A stretch of DNA of 64,000 nt, from assembly GCA_965153285.1 (NCBI GenBank), contig OZ229112.1. One strand, 5' to 3'. Under the pieces are notes generated by a model. The model was not told the origin of the DNA. It worked only from the letters and a program-made list of their open reading frames with translations, and searched no databases. The DNA is from Podarcis tiliguerta. Lineage: Eukaryota. This document shows positions 33,801 through 45,600 of the stretch, piece by piece; within the stretch, counting starts at the first letter, position 1; each line of letters opens with the position of its first letter. The translations under genes were made by a program, and so were the position numbers.

Positions 33801-34876
33801 AATCGTGCTCCGGCGGCAGCTAAAGTGGTGCTTCAGGTTAAGAACAGTTTCAGGGTAAGAACGGACCTCCGGAACGAATTAAGTACGTAACCAGAGGTAC
33901 CACTGTAGTGAGATCAAGCCGTTGGGGGCCCTGTGAATCCAGCCTCCTCTTCTCGCCGTGCCCCCAAGGGAAACCCACAAGCAAAATCTGGCACAAGAGC
34001 AACAACGGCCATTTGGAAGCGTCATGTACTGTCTCTGGCTTGCGGGGTCCCATAGCAGCAGCATCAGAAGAAGCGGCCACGGGGGGCCCAGCTAGCGCAG
34101 CTTCCTGTCCTCCCAGTGCCCAGCCCAAGGCCGGGGGGAATCCCAAAGGCAGGGTCCAGGCAAGAGAGCGCTCTCCCGTCTCGGGGGTTCCAGCCCCTGG
34201 GATTGGGGGGCATTGCTGCCTCCAGCCCTAGAGGCAGAGCAGAGCCATCCTGGCCAGGAGCCCCCCAGAACCCTCTCCTCCATGAATGGCGGCCATTGCT
34301 GCCTCCTGTGGCAGGGAGTTCCGCAGTTTAATTGCGCTGCGTGAAGAAGTTCTTTCTTTTATCTGTTTTGTATCCTCCAACCTTCTTCATGGGGAAACCC
34401 AGCCAGGTGGGTGGGGTGTAAATAATAATAAAATTATTGTGATGGTGCACCTGCAAGTTCTCGCGTGGGGGGGGGGAGAGAGGAGAGTTTTCCCTTGGCC
34501 GCTTTCCTCAGGCCTCCCAGAGCTCATGGCCTGGCCGCTCAGGCTCTTGGTCTCTCTGAGCCCCCTGGAGCAGCCAGGGAGTGAGTCTTTCCCTCCTGAA
34601 GGGGGGGCAGGGTCCGTCCCCCTTTGCGCTTCCCCGCCTGACGCCCTTCCTCTCGCGCAGGTGCGCTTCAGCCCCAACCTGCCCTGCCACACCTGGCTGC
34701 TGTCAGGGGGCCAGTCCGGCCTCGTCCGTCTGCACTGCCTCCAGGCCCTGGCCTCCCCCCCCAGCCGCAAGCTCCTCCGGGAGTGCCAGGCCCAGTTCAG
34801 CGCCATGTTCGACACGGAGGAGCAGGCGGACAGCCCTGCAGCAGAGCCCCCGGGGGCACACCCCGCCGTCAGCTGA
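21858..34876 (+). CDS. GTF3C2: General transcription factor IIIC subunit 2 (TFIIIC110, WD40), 18 coding exons, ~976 aa
   Basis: Exons: 21858-22212 (acceptor at 21803), 23592-23973, 25162-25453, 25613-25707, 26804-26881, 27208-27309, 27942-28169, 28839-28950, 29110-29230, 30203-30234, 30513-30642, 30864-31008, 31176-31337, 31644-31731, 31872-32000, 33090-33242, 33539-33649, 34661-34876. Total 2931 nt, in phase. Motifs [64 protein letters not shown] non-coding exon 1 probably ends at the donor after 19914. The first coding exon is divergent and less certain. Confidence 0.93.
23007..23226 (+). mobile_element. tRNA-derived SINE (Squam3-like)
   Basis: A-box TGGTGCAGTGG, B-box-like GGGTTGAATCC, body GAAGCTCACTGGGTAACCTTG, (AAAT)n tail. 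Confidence 0.7.
26008..26679. mobile_element. Solo LTR (ERV-like), 672 bp
   Basis: TGTTG...CTACA termini flanked by the perfect 6-bp direct repeat GAGGAC (26002-26007, 26680-26685). Composition differs from the host intron. CCAAT box at ~26172. Confidence 0.7.
27641..27855. mobile_element. Tc1/mariner (Tigger-like) MITE, copy 2
   Basis: TA|CAGTGGTACCT...AGGTACCACTG|TA. Confidence 0.88.
28526..28735 (+). mobile_element. tRNA-derived SINE (Squam3-like)
   Basis: A-box TGGTGTAGTGG, B-box-like GGTTCGCTTCC, body GGGTGACCTTGGGCCAGTCAC...CACCTCACAGAGTG. Confidence 0.75.
33704..33905. mobile_element. Tc1/mariner (Tigger-like) MITE, copy 3
   Basis: TA|CAGTGGTACCTC...GAGGTACCACTG|TA. Confidence 0.88.
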
Positions 34877-35431
34877 GCAACCCCCCCCCCCCCCGGCACC
34901 GGCAGAAATCCAGGAGGAGGAGGAGGAGGAGGCGGGGATCTCGTTCGAGGCGCCCAGAGCCAAGAGGGCATCTTGCAGGGCACTGACGGACTGGCTGGAT
35001 CCTGGCTGCATTGTGAGGACGGACACAGAGGAGCCCAAGGAGGGGCCAGACCCCCAGGGAGCGTGTGGGTGCCTCCTTCCCCCTTGGGCGGGGCTGGGAG
35101 CGAGAAGCAGCCCCTGCCCCCCAACTGGACATCTCTCCATGACTGTGTGCTTTGCCTCTGGGGCAGGAGTGGGTGAGGGGTCTCTCCCAGCCTGCCCTAT
35201 GTGTGACCCACAGCTCCAGGGCAGGGAGGGGTTTCTGCCTCCCTTAGGCTGGCCCAGTGGAACCACCCTTTGCCCCCCCCACACATGGGCCGGCTGGGGT
35301 TGGCTAGCCACGTGGGGCCCAGACCAGCTCCCTGCTAGATGCATTTTGGGCATTTTGCCCCCGCCAGCTCTTGGGGGGCACAGCAGCCTTGCTCACATTG
35401 AGCTCATTCCTTGTCTTTAACTGTTGTTCTT

Positions 35432-35437
35432 ATTAAA
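35432..35437 (+). terminator. Probable GTF3C2 polyadenylation signal (ATTAAA)
   Basis: ATTAAA followed by the GT/T-rich tract TTGTTTTGTTT. Confidence 0.65.
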
Positions 35438-35767
35438 GTGACTTGTTTTGTTTCAAAGGCCGGCTCTTTCTTCTGAGGACCCCCCCCCCCCCAAATCAGC
35501 TGCTGATTCTCCTGCCAGGCTTGGCATCTACGCTGGTGGGTGCCAAGCTGGGGGAGAAAGTGGCGAACCCCACTCCATTTTTAGGCAAGGGGTTATCAGG
35601 GGTTCCTGAGCTGGCATTCCAGTGTTGCAGGGGGCTGGACTAGAGGACCCTTGGGGATCCCTTCTGACTGGATCTAGGGGGCGCAGACACAGCTCCCCCC
35701 CCGCCCCCCTCCTCCTCTGCCCCAAGGACTGGCAGACAGACGGGCAGGTTGGGCTCAGGCAGCTCAC

Positions 35768-35773
35768 TTTATT
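35768..35773 (-). terminator. Probable SLC30A3 polyadenylation signal
   Basis: TTTATT on + (AATAAA on -), ~880 nt downstream of the SLC30A3 stop. Confidence 0.65.
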
Positions 35774-36655
35774 GGAATCTCTGGTACTCTGAGCACTCGG
35801 TTAAGACAACACTTGGACACTCGACACGGTCGAAACACACACACACAGACGTGAACTCCACAAGGTCACAGACACAAGGACACGTGAGTGTGGGGAGGGC
35901 GGGGCTGGCCCCCTCCATGGGGGGATCTCCCAGCACTGGGCCAGGGGCGGCTGGGGGGCTGGCCTCTCCATGTGGGCCCCTCGCAGCGGAGGCATTCCTG
36001 ATCAGGAGGGCTGGGGAGCTGGTTTCTGCCCCCCAGGGCTCCCCCCTCCATGGCTTGGTCCTCACTGATGAGCAAGAAGTTTGCTTCCCTGCCATGGCGT
36101 CCTTTTTGACCTCCTGGCCAGACCACTTTGCTTTCGGCCTGGCCAAGCGGGGGAAAGATCTGCCCTCGTCTGTCATGGCTGCTTCAGTTGAGATTCCTGC
36201 ACTGCAGGGGGTTGGACTGGATGACCGGGGGGGGGGGGAGCCCTCCCAATTCTGTACAGCTGTTTAAACTCATAGGCTGCCTTGCAGACTCGACTCCACG
36301 GCAGGGAGCTTGCTGGAAAGGGAACACACTCGTGCAAACACCGACGAATGGCAGGCCTCACCTGGGGTGGGGGGCTGGGTTGCATTGCACACCAAAGACA
36401 CTGAGGCAGGCAATGGGGTGGGCAGTAGCAGAGGGGGCCCCCGTGCCTGCCTGGAATGTGACACGAAGAAGAACAGGATGCGCAGGGACAGGGGCTCAGC
36501 CTCCTCTCCTCTCTGGCTGGGCAGCTGAGGCGGCCCTGGCGGTGGAGGTGGGCAGAGGAGACACACACACCCCGCCACCCCTGCTGGTCCCGGGATTCCC
36601 AGCGCCTCCCGGCTGAGGTTGGCCGTTGGCGGGCACCAAGGGGGCAGCGCTGGGC

Positions 36656-39600
36656 TCAGTCCTGCGGGTCCTGGCACTGGCGGCAGCTGGCCATGTCGTC
36701 CAGGTAGCGCTCCACCTGGATGGTGCAGGAGACGAAGCCAAACTTGCTCTTCAGGACGGCAGTGGCCTCTTGCAGCACCGCCTCCATGTCGGCACCAGAG
36801 TCTGCAAGGGGGAGAGACCCAGAAAGGGGTCAGCGGGGCAAAGGCTGCACACCCAAGGAGAGGCTGGGAGTTTGCAGGATCATCTAGCCCAGCGTCCTGT
36901 TCTCACAGCAGCCAAATGCCTCTATGAACCTGGGAATCAAGATAGACTGCCTCTGCACCTGGAGGCTCCATGAGAACGAAAGAAGAGCTTGCTGGATCAG
37001 GCCAGAGGCCCAGCCTCCTGTTCCCACAGTGGCCAACCAGACGCCCATCAGGGGGAACCAGCAAACAGGATCTGAGCGCAAGAGCAACTCCTCCTACGGT
37101 TTCCAGCCCTGGCGTCCAACTGCGGAGACAGCATAGCCATTGTGGCCGCCGCCATTGCTAGCCCTCTCCTCCTTGGATGGGTCTGATCCTCTCTAAAGGG
37201 AGGGGCAGGAGCTGGGGGGGGGTATTGTTAGTATTGCTCACTTTTAAAGCAACTCTGTCGCCCGAAAGGCCAGCTGCCCCTTTATAGACCTGTTAAGCTC
37301 ACTTCCATCATCTGGGGAAAACTGTACTCCTATCACACCCTACAGAACATCATGGGGGGTGATCTGAAAACAGGCATTTCCCCCCATTGCTCCTGTATTA
37401 TGGGATGCCCTTTGCTGGGATCCCCCCAGGCCTTTCCTGATCCATAAGATTGGGCCCTGTTATTTATTTATTTGTCAGTTCCCCAGATTCCTGATTTTAT
37501 GCTGCTGTTTTACTGGTTCCATGTTGCATTTTTCTTTCAATGAAACTTTTAAGTGGTGCACCACTTTGAGTTTTTAAAATACTAAGTGGCTTATGAAATG
37601 CCTTTAAATGAATAGATATACCAATTGGTGCACCCCAGCTATACCAATTGATTTTTGTCCTGGATAGATGTGTTTTGCTTTTGAGGCATTTTAAACTCAG
37701 GGTAGCATCCCGAAATGCAGTCGGAGGTGGTACAGTCCCCTCCCCCATCGCCTGGGGCCTTTGCCCTCTCAGGATTTCCTCAGGGGGTCCCGGGCACTCG
37801 GAGGCAGGGTGGGGTGCTCACCAATTGCCAGGTGCACAGCCACCACGTGATGGCTGAGGGTCAAGGCCCAGAGGTGGAGGTTGTGAGCCCCCTTCACGCC
37901 CTTGACGGACAGCAGCACTTCCTTCACGGCTTTGAACTCCACACCCCGCGGAGACCCTGGAAGAGAGGGAGGCAGGGTGGTGACAGACTTGGCTGGGGTC
38001 CCTCCAAACCCCCAGCTCCCACCCTTGGAGGAGCAGATGTGGTGCCGTCTCCCTGACTGGCATACCCTGGAGCAGAGCAAGGGAGGGGCACCTCCTGCTG
38101 AAGATGGTCGTTGAGTAGTGGTGCGGGGTCACCGGGGCAGTTGCCCTGGGCAAAAAATGGTAAGGGAGTGCAAATTTTCAACACCCGGTGCAGCCTTAAA
38201 ACAGCCATGGGCTCCCTGGGCGATTTGTCTTTACGCCTGGAGTCTAAAGGTGCCTCGTGCTAAAGCTGAGCCAGTCACTTGCAGAGGGACTTGGCCCCTT
38301 TCTCTCTTCCCCTCTGCCTCTTCCCCTCTGCCTTTCCCCTGCCCCTTCCTGCTCCTCCTGCTTCCCTGCTGGCTTTTGGGTGGTCTTGGGCACCCCTTGA
38401 TGTTGGCTTTGCAACCAGTGCCCTGAGCATCCCCAGGCCTGGAGCAGGGAAGGGACAAGGAGGTCCGGCTGGAATTTCACCAGGATTTTATTCCTCAGAC
38501 TTCCCTTAGCTGGTTAACGAGGCGGCCTCGTTTGACCCGAGAGGGTCGGGGTTGGAACTCACCTTCCATGAGCACCCGGAAGACGTCGCGGAGGATGGTC
38601 ACAGTGGAGCCCACCACAAAGACCGAGAAGAGGAAAGTGCTGATGGGGTCTGCAATCTTGTACTGGGGCTGCAAAGCAGAGGAGGAGGAGGAGGAGAGGC
38701 AGGGATAGACACAGACAAGATCCCTGCACTGACACAGAGAACAGAAGACCCCTAGGACAGATTTAGGGGGCAGCCCCATTCCCCAGGCAGAAATCCTTGC
38801 ATGGATGTGACACGCTCCTTGGCGCTACTTTGGATCCAACCCGGTTGTTGCTTTGGTACGTTAATTTTGTTAATTAATTAAGTCTAATAAGGGGAGGGGG
38901 AGTAGCCTTCCAAGATCTCTGGCGTCAGAGATACAGCTGCCTCACTCTCTGTTGTTCAAGCAGGGGGAACTGGATCCGGTGAGTGGAAGCTGCAGGGAAG
39001 CCGGTTTGCCTGGAGATTCAGGGGGAAGAGGACCTCTTGGGCCACAGACAGGCCTCCTGGGGAGTTAAGGGCTGGCTCCACCACCGTTTGCCAGGACCAG
39101 GAAATATTTAAATAAGAACGCCCATGGTGCTCTGATTCTTAATTTGTGCTGCTTTTTTAATTTGGCAATTTAAACTGATCTACTGCATCGTTTGTATTTG
39201 ATGCACTGTCCCTCTTAATTGCAATGGGTGCTGGTCAATGCAAAAAAAGGAAAATCTCTTCAGCTGTGATTCCCGCATTGCAGGGGGTTGGACTAGATGA
39301 CCCCCGGAGGTCCCTTCCTACTCTGCCATTCTATGATTCCATGGGAAGAGACAGTGCTTCAAGGAGGGAGGCTCTGGGTCCCTATCCGGAGCAGGATGCC
39401 TGGTCCCCCTACCTTGAAGTAGATGACGGTTGCAGCCACAAAGACCCCGATGCTCTGGAGCAGATCCCCCACCACGTGCACAAAGGCGGCTCGGACGCTG
39501 GTGTTGCTGTGGGCGGGCACCGCAGGCGCACCGCAGGGGCTCTCCCCAATCCGCTCGTAGCCCCCCGTGCTCACCCCATGGCTGTGGGGGGAGCCCGACT

Positions 39601-42600
39601 GGTGCAGAAGGTAGGCCATGCTGCAGAGAGGGGCGGCAAGAGCTATGAGCCAAGGCTTTGGGGTGGGGGCCACACCCTTCCCCTCCCAGACCCTCCAAGT
39701 GTTTCTCAGGGACATCCCTGATTTAGAGAAGCCGTCCTGGTTTCTGATTTGATCTGGAATGGCTCACTTTCCCTTAGGATCCCTATTTCCATTCCATTAT
39801 GGAGTTATCTGACCCCCAAGCCGTCTGAAGGCAATCCTCTACAGGGAAGGGTCTTTTTAATGGTTAATGTTCTATTATGATTTTATATATGTTGGGGCAA
39901 CCCAGTAAGATGTGTGGCGTACAAATACTAAAATGATCATTATGGAATGGGACGTCCCTATTTTCATCAGAGAAATGTTGGAGGGTATGCCACCCACCTC
40001 AGCAGCCTCTTGCCCACCACAGCTCTTGGGCCCTGCTTGTGGGCAGAATGCTGCCTTCTACAAAGATCCTAAGGGCTGCCATGTGGACAACGGAGCGAGC
40101 GTGTTTCCCCCTGCTCTGGAGGGGAGGACTCGAACCCATGGCTTCAAGTGACAAGAATGGAGATTCCGACTAAGCATTAGGAAGAACTTTCTGACAGTAG
40201 GAGCTGCTCCGCAGTGGAACGGTCTCCCTCAGGAGATGGTGGACTCTCCTTCCTTGGAGGTTTTTAAGCAGAGGGTGGGTGGCCATCTGTCAGGGATGCT
40301 TTAGCGGTGATTCCTGCATTGCAGGGGGTTGGACTAGATGACCCCTGGGGTCCCTTCCAACTCTACCATTCTGTGATACTGTGGAGGTTTGTGAGCAGCG
40401 ATTGGCTGGCTATCTGGCAGGGATTCCTTAGCTGTGACTCCTGCCTGGTGTGGGCTTGGGCTATAATTCAATGAACTGACCAGAGGCAATGGGAGTGTGT
40501 TGTGCCTGAGAATCCGCCCTCCGCCTCCCTCAATGCCCCGCGCCAGGCCTCACATGATGTTCACGCCCACCGCGCAGGCCGAGGTGCCCAGCATGGCAGA
40601 GGCTTCGATCTCGTAGTCGTTGCTGATGATGCGGGCCGAGGCCAGGTAGACCAGCACTCCCGTGACGATCCAGATGGAGAGGACCGAGGCCAAGGCACCC
40701 AGCGTCTCTGGGGGGGGGGAGTTGGGGGGGGGGAGAGGGAGATGCCAGTCAGGGGTGCCTTGCCAAAGTAGCCCTGTGCCCTCCCTCCAAGTTGGGGAGC
40801 ACCAAGGCCAGCTCTGGGCCTTTTCCCTGAGGCTGCCTGGAACCCGAACCCGGAGCGCAGGTTGGGAGATGTTCCTGGGTCTCTCAGACCTGCCTGCTTG
40901 TCCCCAAGGCCAGTTCCCAGAGGAGTCCTTTGCCCTGTCCCAAGAGGACTAGAAGGCTGGCATTGGGCCGGGGAGACCTGCTGCTGCCAAATCTCCACTT
41001 AGCCCCCTGGTTCATGACTTATCCCACCTCTCATTCTCACCCTAGCCTACCTCACAAGCTTGGCGGGAAGCTGAAAGCCTGCTCCAAGGTCTGTCGAATA
41101 AAGAGCAGGGTGAACTACAACTCCCATCAGCCCAGCAAGCAGGGCTGGTAGCCAGAGGTGGGTGGGATTTGTAGTTTGGCAATGCCTGGATGGTACCCTG
41201 CAGCCAGAATAGGACATGATTGACTCCTGCAGGGAGTTATTTCAGCTGCCCACAAAATGGGCAGCAGGGAGGAAGAAGATTGGGGGGGCAGGAGGGGAAA
41301 TGGACCCCCCCCAGCAGGATCAGAGAAGAGGCGCAGAAAGGCTATGGGGCAGCCAAGTCAAGCCCTGGCAGCAGGGAGGTCTGGGGGTCTTTCACTTTGT
41401 GGGGAAGGCATCAAAAAAGTCTTTTGATCTCTTTCAAGCGCTGAAGAGGCCATTTGAATCCATTTCTTCTTCTCTTTCATCCTCCATCAGTCTTCCCGCC
41501 ACCCATTTGCCTTCTGCCTTTTTCAGAGAACAATTTGTGAGCCTCTCTGGCTCCTTGGCTGCCTGGCTCTATTCTGCCACCACTTCAGAGGGAAGCAAGA
41601 AGGGAAGGAGGGAGGGAGGGAGGGAGGGAGGGAGTCACCCCCCCAGCCTTTGAACTGTAATGGGAGAAGCATCTCGCTGCTGCTGCCGCCGCCGCACCCC
41701 AAATGGGGCACCCAGAGGCCAGTCGGCTTGGCAGCCCTCCAAAGGCTTCCTTTCCGCACTGCCTGATGAAGGCTTTCCTGCTTTTTCTGGGACACAGTGC
41801 AGTTGCTGAGAGCCACCAGGTGGCCTCTTGGGCTGAAGACTGTGGTGGCGCAGGGGCAGTGGGAGAAGCGGGTGAGGCAGAAGCAGCAGCAGTGCCCCTC
41901 GGCTGCCCCTTGGGAGAGCCCCCTCATGCCCATGGCGAGGTGGGAACCGGGTGGAGGATCTGGAGGTACCTGAGCGGTGCCAGCCGAAGCTCATGATCTT
42001 GGTGGCCGGGCGCGTGGAGACCCAGAGGGAGAAGAGGCTGACGCCCATGCTGCCCATGTCTGTCAGCAGGTGGGCTGCGTCTGTCATGATGGCCAGGCTG
42101 TGAGCCAAGTACCCACCTGAAAGGCAAGCAGAGCTGTGTTGTGGAGGGAGGAGGGAAGGACTGGGGGGGGGAGGCCCTGACTCTAACCAGGATACCCTCT
42201 CAGCCCCTCTCAGGCAGACTTCCTGGGTCTTTGTAAGGATGAGCTGAGTCTAGTGCTGCTGCCATGATTTATCTCCTCTGCCCTTTGAGGGTTTTTTTGC
42301 TGTGTCAATTGCTTTGCTGTCAACTGATTCCTGCTCATTATCTTAATGAACACCTTGAAAGAGACCTCGGAAAGTCAGCAAAGAACTGCAAAGCAGATAA
42401 CATAAATGTGAATCAAATGAAAATTGAAACATCCTCTCTCAGCCACAAAGTGTAGGAATGGATTCAGGCACTAGGAGAGGGTATATGTATATAGTTAGTT
42501 ATTTTTCTTCTTTGCTCACATGAGTGAGATCAGCAGAGTACCACCCTTTGCAGCTTTAAACATGGAAGTGAAGGCATGTTTGATTTAACCTTCTAGAAAC

Positions 42601-45600
42601 AATAATCCAGGATGCTTTAAGACAGGCTGGATTTTCCTGGTCTTACCCCCTGAAAAACAACAATCACACCAACATTGTTTTGTGAAGAAGTAAAAGTAGT
42701 ATTTACTTACATAATCTAAGTCTTGAGGCAGCCATTACAGTAGCAAAATGAAGGCAGGTTTATAACTACTATCTAAGTTATAAAATGTAAATTAAAAAAT
42801 GGTGCGTGTGTGGTCAGCTTGAAGAAAGAGAGGGCTTCCCAGGCAGGAAAGAAGCATGCCAAGACAGACAAGGAAGTGACCTCACAGAGTTCTCTCTAGC
42901 AAATTTTACGGGAAAAGCTCTGTGAGCCTCAGCCCCTTCACGTGCCCATCTGGCAAAACATGACTTGTTGGCTTGACTGCAATAATATCCCAGAGGAAGC
43001 TCCCTGGGTGCCTGGTCCTTTGTCTCTCAGATGACCCCATCCACCTGGAAGGAGAAAAGCAGGTGGCCATCTGCGCTCCCACCCAACAGGTGTGTCGTCC
43101 TTGTTCCTTGAAGAAGGAAGAGCACCCCCAGGGCACCCCAGAGAGCTTTTCTGTGGCTCTGAGCCTCTCTCGGGTCAGTGGAGGTGCCTGCCGCTGGCTT
43201 GGTGATCCATGAACCTCCCCCCCCCCCCAGAACCGCTTCCCAGCCCCACTGACCTATGACCTCTCCGATCATGAAGAGGAAGCAGACCCCGCAGGCGATG
43301 CTGAGCTTCCTCTGAGCCTGGAGCTTCAGCTGGCTCTGGCTAGGGGAGCAGGGCCCCTGGTGGCAGTGGGGGGCCAGGCGGCGCTCCATCTCCAGGCCCC
43401 CGGGCACTTCCGCATGCCCGTTCTCCAGGGGGAGGCTGGGGAAGGCATCCTGGGTGCCTGCAAACAGACTGGGAGAAGGCCGGAACATGAGGGAGGGGCA
43501 GCCCCTCAGTCCTGCTCAACCCCCACAGAAGACACACGCAGAGAATTAGCCCCCTCCTTCCTCATGCCACCCACGGCTGCCTTGTAGAGTCACCCCCCCC
43601 CCATTTAACATCTTTAATTTTTATGTAAAGCATACAACCCAATAAAATATGAAACAAACGGGAACACCCGACACGAACCAGAACAAATCACAGACTGGGT
43701 GTCTACCCACAAACTAAAGCAAAGGATTTAGAAGTAATTTTGCAGATTCAGGATCAAAATTAATAGCAGTGTAGAGTTGGGTATGTTTAGCTGGGGAAAG
43801 AGGAGGCTAGGAGGTGACCTGAGCCATCTTCAGATATCTAAAGATGGAGCGAGTTTGTTTTCTCCTGCTCTGGAAGAGACAACCCCTGTCAAGGGAGTCC
43901 AATTTCAAGAAAGCCATTTCCGACTGAACAGTAGGAAGAACTTTCTAACGGTCAGAGCTGTTTGACGAGGGCTTGGAAGGCGGTGGACTCTCCCTTCTTG
44001 GCTGCCGGTCAGGGAGGCTTTTGCTGTGATTCTTGCATTGCAACTGGTTGGACTAGATGACCTGTCAAACTATACAATTCTATGATCCTATGATATCCTA
44101 TGATAAAGCCCTGGTTTTCCCAGTCGTGATGTATGGAAGTGAGAGCTGGACCATCAAGAAGGCTGATCGCCAAAGAATGAATGCTTTTGAATTCTGGTGC
44201 TGGAGGAGACTCTGGAGAGTCCCATGGACTGCAAGAAGATCCAACCTCTCCATTCTGAAGGAAATCAGCCCTGAGTACTCAATGGAAGGACAGATCCTGA
44301 AGCTGAGGCTCCAAGACTTTGGCCACCTCATGAGAAGAGAAGACTCCCTGGAAAAGACCCTGATGTTGGGAAAGATGGAGGGCACAAGGAGAAGGGGACG
44401 ACGGAGGACGAGATGGTGGGACAGTGTTCTCGAAGCTACCAGCATGCATTTGACCAAACTGTGGGAGGCAGTGGAAGACAGAAGTGCCTGGTGTGCTCTG
44501 GTCCATGTGGCCACGAAGAGGCAGAACCACTAAACGAGTAAACAACAACAACAATGATATCAGAAAGTGGAGGACTCTCCTTCCTTGAAGGGCCATCTGC
44601 CTGAGATTCTCTAGCTGTGATTCCTACATTGCAATGCGGAGTCATTAGGAAAGTGATGTTAAAAAGACAACCGAATGCCAGTGCTGGTCTCCTGGCTTTA
44701 CTAAGGGAGCAAATGCATCTTGATCTGTCAAGGTCTCTGTTTTAATCCACCCAGGGGATCCTGGGCAGTGGGCGCATTCCAGGCTGCACAGGGAAGCCAC
44801 ACAGGTCAATACCAAGCCCTGAATGAAGGGCGCTTTATTGCAGAAGAATGCTCCTCTTCTGGGTTTGGCCGCCCCTGTCATGCCCCTCACACCCCCTTGG
44901 AGCAAGGCGAGGTCTTTTGTCAGCGCCTGGCCCGATCAGACAGATGCATGTCAAGTGCTCCCAAGAGCCTCGCTGGGGAGGGAATTAATAGTCGAGCCGG
45001 CTCCGTGACTGTGGCTCGTCTCCTGGGGCTGCGGGGAGATTTAATCATCTTCCGCCTGGCAGGAACTGGAGAACTGTGATGCCCCTGGACGGGTTTGGCC
45101 ACGGTGGCTGCCTTGCTGCCAGAAGGACCCATTTGGGGAGGCAGCTGGGCCCAGGAGCCGAGCTCGCGGGTGCTGGGCTTGCAGGAAGGAGGCAGCCCAG
45201 AAAGCCAGAGGGCAGAATCCTGGAATGGGAGACAATCGGCTGGGCCATATTCTTATGAAAACCTGCTTTTCTCCAAATAAGGAGACTAAAAAGAGGAAGG
45301 TCAGAAATGCTGAGCTGTTAGCAACAGGTCTCGGTGTAGAGAAGCCATGGCCGGCTGGCGGAGAATCTCCCCCTCATCCGGATGGCATGGAAACCTGCAC
45401 TTGAGTCGTCCTTTGAAATGCCTCAAGGGCCCCCCAGTGGGGTTCAGGCCGAGGGCGTCCAGTTCAGCGGGTGGGAGCGCACGCCCGACACACACGTGAC
45501 TGGTACAGCGTCCATTTCTCCCACTGCACCTGATGACTTTCTGTCTGCTGCATCAAGGGAGCTCCCTTTGCTCGTCCCGATTTCCCAGGAACAGTCCTAG

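Noticed and set aside
42451-43088. AT-richer block with TG...CA ends
   Set aside because: No TSD and no second copy in the window, so it cannot be classified.
43441-43468. Alternative SLC30A3 acceptor at 43457
   Set aside because: Out of phase with exon 1. The acceptor at 43468 restores the conserved LKSLF junction.
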